Shown here: positions 10,672-18,217 of the stretch, one piece after another | How positions within the stretch are numbered: position 1 is the first letter of the stretch | Layout: every line of letters starts with the position of its first letter | Assembly (NCBI GenBank): GCA_002441425.1 | Contig: DJWB01000001.1 | Span: 105,653 to 169,652 of the forward strand | Reading direction: 5' to 3' | DNA from: Patescibacteria group bacterium UBA6241 | GTDB taxonomy: Bacteria; Patescibacteriota; Minisyncoccia; Phycocordibacterales; Phycocordibacteraceae | DNA length: 64,000 nt | The notes under the pieces: generated by a model | What the model saw: the letters and a program-made list of their open reading frames with translations, nothing else | Told to the model about the DNA's origin: nothing | Databases searched by the model: none | Translations under genes and position numbers: made by a program

Positions 10672-11703
10672 ATGAACAGGCTGTGGGCCCCCGTGCTTCT
10701 CTTTGTACTCCTTTTGAGTTCAGTTCCTTTCTCTGTTGAGGCAGCAAACCTGCCTCTCTTGGATCCTAATTGGCACATAGTTCCAGACGCTTCAGAACTA
10801 GACCCTGCATGTAAAGAAGGAGCACCGCTTGGGTTTGCGGGAGCGTTGCAGCTTATACAGAACGTGATGAACGCAATGGTGTCTTTGGGCATCGTTGTGT
10901 TTGTGCTCGTGATCATGTTCTCTGGAGTACTTTGGATTCTTACCTCAGCTAATCCGGAAAACCATTCAAAGGCAAAACAAATGCTTACGAATGCTGTTAT
11001 TGGATTCCTGATTATGCTTTCTGGTTGGATTATCGTGGACTTCGTTATGAAGACACTCTATGACGGAGACACAGCAGGCTTCGGTCCTTGGAATACTATT
11101 CTCATTGGAGGAAACTACTGCATAACTGCGCCAGACGAAGCTCCTCCAGGTCTTGCAACAGGCATAACGCAAATACCTGGAAGTGGAGGCGGGTATGCAG
11201 GAGGACCAGCAAGCGTTGGATCAGGAAACTGCTCTCCCTCAACCATACTTTCAGCTGCTGCAGCGGGCGGATACCCAATAACGCAGGCACAAGCAAATAC
11301 TCTTTCTTGTATTGCAAAGCCAGAAAGTTCTTGCGGAACTAACATCTCGGGAGCACGTACTGTGGATGGCAGACCAACAACAGCACACGGTATGTTCCAG
11401 ATTGTTATGGGATACAGCGATACCTGTCACAGCCTTAATATTCCAGTCTGTACTGAAGCAGCGAAGCGTGCAGGGTGGACTGGAACAGGAAATCTCAATT
11501 GCTCAACTGCGTTCAGTGGCGGGCGAGTTAAGGCTGGAAAAGAGGATCTTGCACGTGTGTGTAGAGCTGCCGCAGCTAATCTAACCTGTAACGTGGCAGC
11601 TGCTGCGTGTCTTCTTAAAGAGCGTCCAAGCTTTAGCGACTGGACTGCAGACCCACGCAGCTTTGCGCAGAAAGCATGTGTGGCTCGCTTCTCAGGAGGG
11701 TAA
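10672..11703 (+). CDS. Secreted/membrane protein: signal peptide, then a TrbC/VirB2 pilin-like two-helix module, then a C-terminal lytic-transglycosylase (SLT)-like domain
   Basis: Signal peptide MNRLWAPVLLFVLLLSSVPFSVEA. Two hydrophobic helices separated by SANPENHSKAKQM (LQLIQNVMNAM...IVDFVMKTLYDG). The C-terminus carries ...KPESSCGTN...AHGMFQIVMGYSD..., resembling the SLT catalytic ES...GLMQI signature. It has a paralog at 12289. Confidence 0.6.
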   Translation: MNRLWAPVLLFVLLLSSVPFSVEAANLPLLDPNWHIVPDASELDPACKEGAPLGFAGALQLIQNVMNAMVSLGIVVFVLVIMFSGVLWILTSANPENHSKAKQMLTNAVIGFLIMLSGWIIVDFVMKTLYDGDTAGFGPWNTILIGGNYCITAPDEAPPGLATGITQIPGSGGGYAGGPASVGSGNCSPSTILSAAAAGGYPITQAQANTLSCIAKPESSCGTNISGARTVDGRPTTAHGMFQIVMGYSDTCHSLNIPVCTEAAKRAGWTGTGNLNCSTAFSGGRVKAGKEDLARVCRAAAANLTCNVAAAACLLKERPSFSDWTADPRSFAQKACVARFSGG

Positions 11704-11712
11704 TATGACTAT

Positions 11713-12285
11713 ATGAAAAACCGTACGCTCATCATCATCGCCTCAGTACTTCTCGCATTCACCGTGGTTATTGTGCTTGTGGTCTCTTTTGTACTTCTCA
11801 CTGGCTCTTCAAGCACAGAGTCTCCGGGAGACGATCAGCTCATTCCAACAACAGGACTCTTTCCCTCAGGCTTTGATACTACAGAGACTAGTACGCTCTC
11901 AACTGCAGAGGGGGAGTTGGTTGTTAATGATTTTGTCCATAATGGAGAGACTGTTGCAGACCCAGTGAATCCTGGAAATTATGTACTTGCGGGAGATGTT
12001 GGGTACTGTCTTGCAGACGGAACTTGCCCGCATGGAGCAGATAGTGAGCGGTACTCAATATCCTATGACGATCAGAAGCAGTTCTTCACCGTGATTCTAC
12101 TCAAAGAACCACTTAACGAGTCTAGGCTTGCTGCAGAGACTTTCCTTATTGAACGCCTTGGAATCTCAAGAGAGGAACTCTGTCTTCTTAATTCTTATGT
12201 TGGGATTCCGTACTGGGTGAATGATCGCTTTGCAGACGGAACAGTTGGCTTCAGTGCTTGCCCGCAATCAGTTAGACTTCCTTAA
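11713..12285 (+). CDS. Hypothetical membrane-anchored protein (190 aa)
   Basis: N-terminal TM helix IIIASVLLAFTVVIVLVVSFVLL; it sits between the two pilin-like paralogs. Confidence 0.45.
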   Translation: MKNRTLIIIASVLLAFTVVIVLVVSFVLLTGSSSTESPGDDQLIPTTGLFPSGFDTTETSTLSTAEGELVVNDFVHNGETVADPVNPGNYVLAGDVGYCLADGTCPHGADSERYSISYDDQKQFFTVILLKEPLNESRLAAETFLIERLGISREELCLLNSYVGIPYWVNDRFADGTVGFSACPQSVRLP

Positions 12286-12288
12286 TAC

Positions 12289-13197
12289 ATGAAATACTTC
12301 TTCCTTCCGCTTCTCGTACTCGCTTTCATAACCACGCCGCTCTCAGCATTTGCAGCACAAGCATCTTTCTTTGGCCCTATTGTTCCTGAGATTTGTAACG
12401 CGTGTCCCTGCGGATTCGGCGGAGTGATGCAGCTCATACAGAACGTGATGAATATCATGATCTCGTTCTCCATTATCTTCGCAACCATCATAATTGCGTG
12501 GGGTGGCGCATTGTACATCTTCTCCTCAGCAAACCCAGAGAGCAGAAGTACTGCAAACAAAATGCTCATAAATGCGGCCGTGGGCATCATGATTGTGCTC
12601 TCTGCATGGCTTATCGTGGACTTCGTTATGAAAACGCTCTACGGAGGTCAATTTGGGCCTTGGAACACTATCCTTACGGGCACCGGAGAGGACTGTATAA
12701 CCAAAAAGGAAACTCAACCTTTATTCGGAGGATCTATAACAACAGTTCCTGGAACAGGTGGCGGTGGAGGAGGCTCAGGAACTCCTGGAACTATGACACA
12801 CGCTGCCGCTGCAGCAATACTCCAAGCTGCAGGGATTAGTGTCTCTTCTTCAGGAAACTGTTCAGACAAAACTAATTCCAGTTGTACCTCGCTAGATGGA
12901 ATGCATGAGAGCACAATACGGCAGGTTGTTGCCGTTAAGGAGAATTGCAACTGTTCAGTTGTGGTAACCGGAGGAACTGAGACTGGACACTCCTCAGGAC
13001 ACTCAAATGGATACAAGATTGATATCCGCACCGGAAGCGACATAAATACTTTCCTTCAAGGATTGCGGTCTTTAGGTGCCTCAAGTCAGGGCTATCCTAG
13101 ATATGCGGACAAATGTGGAAACGTATATATGCACGAAAGCAACCCAGACCACTGGGACATCAATGTAACGCAGGGATTGTGTAGCCCGCTTAGGTAG
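12289..13197 (+). CDS. Paralogous pilin-like membrane protein with a C-terminal Cys-rich, peptidase M15 (VanY)-like domain
   Basis: Shares the module GGVMQLIQNVMNIM...SANPESRSTANKMLINA...IVDFVMKTLYGG with the 10672 gene. C-terminal ...TGHSSGHSNGYKIDIRTG... and ...NPDHWDINV resemble the SxHxxGxAxD and EPWHW zinc-ligand motifs of M15 D,D-carboxypeptidases (tentative). Confidence 0.5.
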   Translation: MKYFFLPLLVLAFITTPLSAFAAQASFFGPIVPEICNACPCGFGGVMQLIQNVMNIMISFSIIFATIIIAWGGALYIFSSANPESRSTANKMLINAAVGIMIVLSAWLIVDFVMKTLYGGQFGPWNTILTGTGEDCITKKETQPLFGGSITTVPGTGGGGGGSGTPGTMTHAAAAAILQAAGISVSSSGNCSDKTNSSCTSLDGMHESTIRQVVAVKENCNCSVVVTGGTETGHSSGHSNGYKIDIRTGSDINTFLQGLRSLGASSQGYPRYADKCGNVYMHESNPDHWDINVTQGLCSPLR

Positions 13198-14092
13198 CAA
13201 GTGTACGTAGCCAGTTTCTTTGGTGTCTTGCGTAGTGCCAAAGTTTTGAAGAGAGGCTTGGGAGGAGCGAAGTTTCGCTGCGCTCGTCTCGCAAGTATTC
13301 TCCTATAATCTTGTATTCAAGACCAAGCTCATTCAGTCGCTCGTCTCCAACGTGCGCACGCACGGTCCGTACCTCTTCAATGAGTCCACGATCAAATGCA
13401 GACTGGAGCCGTGCAACAATTCTCTCGCGCAATACATCACGTTCAGGATTGCAGATCTCCCATATAATCTCATGCTTAGGTTCCGTACGCTCTCGCTCAG
13501 GAACTGATCCTTTGTCATAAATAATCTCAAGTGCACGTACTATTCTTCTTTTGTTTTGTGGATCTAGACGACTCGCGCGACGAGGATCTAGACGTTCTAC
13601 TTCTTCCATAAGCTCAGGAAGGGAACGTGCTTCCAAATCCTTCCGAAGCTCTTCGTTTCGCGGAGTTCCTTCAGGGAGTCCATACAAAAGTGCATCAAAA
13701 TAAAAGTGTGTGCCACCTGCGAGTATGGGACGCTTTCCTCGCGCACGTATGTCTGCAATAAGCTTTTCCGCGTCACGCACTAAATCTCCTGCGCTGTATA
13801 CCTCGCGAGGATCCAGTACGTCTATAAGATGATGCGGGACACCCAGCATCTCTTCTTTTGAGATCTTCTCAGTCCCAATATCAAGCCCAATATATACTTG
13901 TCTGGAATCAACAGAGATAACCTCTCCATCAAGTTCCAGCGCAAGTTCTATTGCCTTGGTAGACTTTCCTGAGGCAGTTGGGCCTATAACACCTATGAGG
14001 GGCAGAGGGTCAGTGGTCACGGTACGTAGGCGGATGGTATCATTACTGAAACGTAACGAAAAGATAAGTATGGCTAAAGAACAAAAGAGCAA
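13190..14092 (-). CDS. miaA: tRNA dimethylallyltransferase
   Basis: P-loop GPTASGKST, DSRQVYIGLDIGTEK and the HHLID motif. Confidence 0.85.
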   Translation of the reverse strand: MLFCSLAILIFSLRFSNDTIRLRTVTTDPLPLIGVIGPTASGKSTKAIELALELDGEVISVDSRQVYIGLDIGTEKISKEEMLGVPHHLIDVLDPREVYSAGDLVRDAEKLIADIRARGKRPILAGGTHFYFDALLYGLPEGTPRNEELRKDLEARSLPELMEEVERLDPRRASRLDPQNKRRIVRALEIIYDKGSVPERERTEPKHEIIWEICNPERDVLRERIVARLQSAFDRGLIEEVRTVRAHVGDERLNELGLEYKIIGEYLRDERSETSLLPSLSSKLWHYARHQRNWLRTLAT

Positions 14093-14732
14093 CTATTGCG
14101 AATATTGTGGAGACTTTCATGATCCATTCCGGGAATATCATTCAAGTGTCCGTGTAGGCGAGACGGTCCCAGACTACGAGTTTGAGACATTCTACAGAAA
14201 CGATACACAGACCATGAAGTTCTCAGACTTCAGAGGGAAGTGGCTTGTGGTTATGTTTTACCCAGCAGACTTCACCTTTGTCTGTCCTACAGAGCTTGAG
14301 GAGATGGCACTCTTGTATCCAAAGCTTCAGAAGATTAATGCTGAGGTAGTCTCGTTCTCAACAGACACCGTATTCGTGCACAAGGCGTGGCACGACACCT
14401 CTGAAGCAATTAAGAAGATTGAGTTTCCTATGGGTGCTGATCCGTCAGGAAAGATTGCTGATGCGTTTGGTGTACTCGTTGAGGGAGGAGATCTTCCGTT
14501 TGTACCAGACGAGGGACTCGCCCTTCGCGGTACTTTCATCATTGATCCCTCTGGAACCCTGCGCTCAATGGAGGTTAATGACAACAGCATCGGCCGCGCT
14601 GCAAAGGAAACATTCCGCAAGCTTCAGGCAGCTCAGTTTGTTGAGAGCAACCATGGCCAAGTGTGTCCTGCTTCATGGGAACCGGGAGATGATACCTTGG
14701 AACCAGGCATGGATCTGGTCGGAAAGATTTAA
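14070..14732 (+). CDS. Peroxiredoxin (AhpC/TSA family)
   Basis: ATG at 14070 (MAKEQK...). Peroxidatic Cys context FTFVCPTE and resolving Cys GQVCPASW near the C-terminus. Confidence 0.85.
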   Translation: MAKEQKSNYCEYCGDFHDPFREYHSSVRVGETVPDYEFETFYRNDTQTMKFSDFRGKWLVVMFYPADFTFVCPTELEEMALLYPKLQKINAEVVSFSTDTVFVHKAWHDTSEAIKKIEFPMGADPSGKIADAFGVLVEGGDLPFVPDEGLALRGTFIIDPSGTLRSMEVNDNSIGRAAKETFRKLQAAQFVESNHGQVCPASWEPGDDTLEPGMDLVGKI

Positions 14733-14742
14733 TGACAAAATA

Positions 14743-14776
14743 AAACAGACCGGAATACATTTCGGTCTGTTTTATT
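14743..14776. terminator. Bidirectional rho-independent terminator
   Basis: AAACAGACCGGAATACATTTCGGTCTGTTTTATT: a perfect 10-bp stem with A-runs and T-runs on both sides, between convergent genes. Confidence 0.7.
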
Positions 14777-14791
14777 ATTTCCACCCTAAAC

Positions 14792-15367
14792 TTAGCTCTT
14801 ATGAAGTCCGATTGTCTGCAGCAGGCGAGCTACTTCAACCGTTCGGGATACTTTTACCGTGTATTTAATTTTCCCAGATGATAGTTTAAGCAAGTTAAAC
14901 TTTGGACGGTAACCTAATTCACTAAGCATGTCTCGTGTGTCTTCAGCAAGAAGACGGGAATTATTTACAAAATTAACCATTTGGTACCCACGATCCTTGT
15001 ATATACATCCGTCAGTCTGAATAAGACCGCGCAAACATTCTTCCGTGTATAACTGATTCTTGCGTATCCATACTGGAACTCTAGCCTCCTGCTTTGCCTT
15101 TGACCCTTGTCCTACTTTCCAAGGCATCCATTCGTCTAAAGCTTTTGAATAAACACTTATATCAAAACAATTTTGGTGCTTTCGCCTAACAATTGAAACT
15201 TTATTATGAGGTAAGAGTTGCTTAAGAGCTGTAATAATTTCCTCGGCAATTGCTGGATAGCGCTCATCGCAAGAAATGCGTAAGCGGGTTACCCGCTTAT
15301 TAGGACTAGACAGGTTTCCATCTCCAAGAGCTATGCCAACAATGTAAGCAAGTACTTTCTTATCAAT
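14792..15367 (-). CDS. LAGLIDADG-family homing endonuclease (two-motif, single-chain type); start codon uncertain
   Basis: Two dodecapeptide motifs, LAYIVGIALGDGNLS and LRGLIQTDGCIY, about 100 aa apart. There is no canonical start between the tRNA 3' end and the first motif. The ORF frame continues without a stop through the upstream tRNA-Leu, with an in-frame ATG at 15452-15454. Confidence 0.65.
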   Translation of the reverse strand: MDKKVLAYIVGIALGDGNLSSPNKRVTRLRISCDERYPAIAEEIITALKQLLPHNKVSIVRRKHQNCFDISVYSKALDEWMPWKVGQGSKAKQEARVPVWIRKNQLYTEECLRGLIQTDGCIYKDRGYQMVNFVNNSRLLAEDTRDMLSELGYRPKFNLLKLSSGKIKYTVKVSRTVEVARLLQTIGLHKS

Positions 15368-15368
15368 A

Positions 15369-15452
15369 GCTTTTATTTGTGCCGCAGGCGGGACTTGAAC
15401 CCGCACGCCGTTTCCGACAGGGGATTTTGAGACCCCTATGTCTACCAATTCC
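15369..15452 (-). tRNA. tRNA-Leu(CAA), class II
   Basis: Reverse complement GCCGCGGTGATGGAATTGGTAGACATAGGGGTCTCAAAATCCCCTGTCGGAAACGGCGTGCGGGTTCAAGTCCCGCCTGCGGCA. The cloverleaf is contiguous; anticodon loop CTCAAAA. Confidence 0.8.
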
Positions 15453-15565
15453 ATCACCGCGGCATTGACGTTACTATATTTCACTAGGTAAATAATAACA
15501 AATATGAAGATACTGCACAGGCAATACTCTCGTAAAGGAGGGACGCGATGCTACAATAGCGTGTA

Positions 15566-16600
15566 ATGAGCATGTTTGGAAATGATTCAAAGGAGCCAGC
15601 AAAGTTTGCTGAGCCTACAAAGTACGACTCAGTATTCTGGGTTGAGGTTGATCGCATTCAACCAAACCCCTATCAGCCACGTCTTGAATTTGACGAAGAC
15701 AGACTCAAGGCACTCGCTGAGTCCATTCGCCAGTATGGCGTTCTGCAGCCGCTTGTTGTTACGAGAAGCGAAGTAGAGAAGGCAGGAGGAGGAATACAAG
15801 CCGCCTATGAACTTATCGCTGGAGAGCGTCGTTTGCGCGCATCTAAACTCATTGGTCTTAAAGAGATTCCCGTTGTTATTCGTGCGGGCGAGCAGTCCGA
15901 CAAAATGAAGTTGGAGCTCGCTATTATTGAAAACCTGCAACGAGAAGATTTAAATGCTATAGATCGTGCAAAGGCACTCGCGCAACTTGCTGAGACGTTC
16001 TCTCTTTCAATGGTTGAAATTGGTGCGAAGATCGGACGCAGTCGCGAGTACGTATCAAACTCAATACGTCTTCTGCAACTTCCTGAAGCAATTCAGCAAG
16101 CAGTGGTAAACAAAGAGCTTTCGGAAGGACACGCGCGTGCACTTCTCATGCTTAACGATAGACCTGACGAGCGAGACACGCTCTTTAAGGAGATTGTTTT
16201 AAAGAAGACCTCAGTGCGCATGGTTGAACAAATGGCGCGCAGACTCGCCCAAGACAAGATTCGCAAGCATGACAAAACTCCAGAGATTATGGCGCTTGAG
16301 AAGTCTCTCACCGAGACACTCGGTACCCGTGTGCTTATTGAGAACCGTCCGCAAGGAGGCAGACTCCTCATTGAATTCTTCTCTCCAGAAGATCTCTCAC
16401 ACATAACGGCAATGCTCGCGCTCCGCGAAGAAGGCCAGGAGCATGAGTTTACGCCAGTACCAGAGACTCCAGTTGCAGCTGAACCAACTCTGTATCCAAA
16501 CACAACCCAACTAGACGAACTTCCAAAGGTTGAAAAAAGAGAAGAACCAAAGCCGGAACCAGAAGAAAATCTCTATTCAATCAGCAACTTTACGGTTTAG
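15566..16600 (+). CDS. parB: Chromosome partitioning protein ParB/Spo0J
   Basis: ParB box GERRLRASKL, an HTH region, and N-terminal V.VD.I.PNP.QPR. Confidence 0.85.
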   Translation: MSMFGNDSKEPAKFAEPTKYDSVFWVEVDRIQPNPYQPRLEFDEDRLKALAESIRQYGVLQPLVVTRSEVEKAGGGIQAAYELIAGERRLRASKLIGLKEIPVVIRAGEQSDKMKLELAIIENLQREDLNAIDRAKALAQLAETFSLSMVEIGAKIGRSREYVSNSIRLLQLPEAIQQAVVNKELSEGHARALLMLNDRPDERDTLFKEIVLKKTSVRMVEQMARRLAQDKIRKHDKTPEIMALEKSLTETLGTRVLIENRPQGGRLLIEFFSPEDLSHITAMLALREEGQEHEFTPVPETPVAAEPTLYPNTTQLDELPKVEKREEPKPEPEENLYSISNFTV

Positions 16601-18185
16601 TTTTCTTTGCTTTCTTTTTAGCCTTTAAGTCTTGGGTACGCATTGATTTCTCTCTCGCTTCAAGCGCATTTCTAATGTGCCTGCGTGCCATTGAAGTACG
16701 TGCATACTCAATCCAACGAGCTGTTGGATGTGCAGATTTTGATTTAAGGATTTCTATAATGTCTCCGTTCCCAAGCTTTGAATCAAAAGAAACAAGCTTG
16801 CCGTTTACTTTTGCTCCTTGCATATGATTTCCAAGGTCAGAATGTATGGCGTACGCAAAATCAACGGGTGTTGATTGTGTAGGCAGGTCTATAACGTCTC
16901 CAATAGGAGTGAACACAAAGATTCTGTGAGAGAAGAAGTCGCTCTTAAGTCCCTCTACAAACTCGTCTGCACCAACTTCAATGTGTGCTTCTTTGAGCTC
17001 TGTGAGCCATAGCGGCACATCAGGAGAATTTGTTGCGCCCTTGAGGGGAACATGTACAGGAGCCTTCTTAAGATTAAGGAGGGCAGGCACAAGATCGCGA
17101 ATCCAGGGGAATGAAATTCTTTGGAATGCATTCTTTCCTGCAGTCTTTGCGAGTGCCTTGTATGACATGTGTGAAGCAATACCGAACTGTGCACGCTGGT
17201 GCATGTCTTTGGTGCGCACCTGCATCTCAACAATGCCTGCCTCCGCCGTTACAACCGTAGTGTGTAGAGACTGGTATCCGTTAGGCTTTGGAAACGATAT
17301 GTAGTCCTTAAACTCTCCCGGGAGCGGTTTCCAGAGCGCATGAATAACTCCGAGTGCGGTATAACAATCATCAACTGTAGGAACAACAACACGCAGTGCA
17401 GCAATGTCATGAATGCGCGTAATATCGTCTCCTTTGCGCTTTAGCTTTTGATGCAAACTCCAAAGACCCTTCATACGAATGGATGTAGAGAAGTCTTTCA
17501 CACCCTTGCGAACGAGGGCATGCTGCAATTCCTTTTGCACGCGTGCGAGACCAACCTCAGTCTCTTTGTTCTTTAATTTGCGAACTTCAATGGCATGCTG
17601 GTACGCGTCTGGATCAATAGCAGGGAACGCCAAGTCTTCCAGTTCCTTCTTCAGACTTCCCATACCAAGCCGGTCTGCAATAGGTGCAAAGATTTCAAGT
17701 GTCTCAAGTGCAATACGCTTTCGCTTTGCTTCAGGCACATGCTCAAGCGTAGTCATGTTGTGGTACCGATCTGCCAACTTGATGATAAGCACTCTAATAT
17801 CGGCAGACGTTGCAACCAGAAGGCGTCTCAGACTCTCTGCGTGGCGCTCTCCGCCCTGATATTTGTGCTTGCCGAGCTTCGTAACCCCTTCGACTAAAAA
17901 CAGCACCTCAGAGCCAAATAGAGTCTCAACCTCTTCAGGAGTTGCCATCGCATCTTCAATTGCGTCATGCAAAAGGGCAGCCGCAATAGTGCGTGAGTCC
18001 ATGCCAAGTTCTGCAAGATGCTTTGCAACTGCAGAGGGGTGTATGAAATAAGGCTCGCCCGAATATCGCGTATGTCCCTCGTGTGCCTTTTTAGCAAACT
18101 CGTATGCTTTCTCAATTAGGGCCGTATCTTCAGGAGACGGGTTCTGAACCTGAGCTAAAATTTCCTTAACCGTCGTCATAGGCAA
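16590..18185 (-). CDS. rel: Bifunctional (p)ppGpp synthetase/hydrolase Rel (HD, synthetase and TGS domains; no ACT)
   Basis: HD motif HDAIED, a RelA/SpoT synthetase region, and TGS (FTPIGDVIDLP...GAKVNGKLVS). 531 aa. Confidence 0.85.
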   Translation of the reverse strand: MPMTTVKEILAQVQNPSPEDTALIEKAYEFAKKAHEGHTRYSGEPYFIHPSAVAKHLAELGMDSRTIAAALLHDAIEDAMATPEEVETLFGSEVLFLVEGVTKLGKHKYQGGERHAESLRRLLVATSADIRVLIIKLADRYHNMTTLEHVPEAKRKRIALETLEIFAPIADRLGMGSLKKELEDLAFPAIDPDAYQHAIEVRKLKNKETEVGLARVQKELQHALVRKGVKDFSTSIRMKGLWSLHQKLKRKGDDITRIHDIAALRVVVPTVDDCYTALGVIHALWKPLPGEFKDYISFPKPNGYQSLHTTVVTAEAGIVEMQVRTKDMHQRAQFGIASHMSYKALAKTAGKNAFQRISFPWIRDLVPALLNLKKAPVHVPLKGATNSPDVPLWLTELKEAHIEVGADEFVEGLKSDFFSHRIFVFTPIGDVIDLPTQSTPVDFAYAIHSDLGNHMQGAKVNGKLVSFDSKLGNGDIIEILKSKSAHPTARWIEYARTSMARRHIRNALEAREKSMRTQDLKAKKKAKKTKP

Positions 18186-18217
18186 AGGATACTCGCTCGC
18201 AGGCTGCGTGGCAAAGC

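Noticed and set aside
15369-15452. tRNA-Leu interrupted by a group I intron that encodes the LAGLIDADG enzyme
   Set aside because: The 84-nt tRNA-Leu(CAA) folds as a contiguous cloverleaf (acceptor, D, anticodon, long variable and T arms all present). The endonuclease ORF lies 3' of the mature tRNA sequence, not within the anticodon loop.
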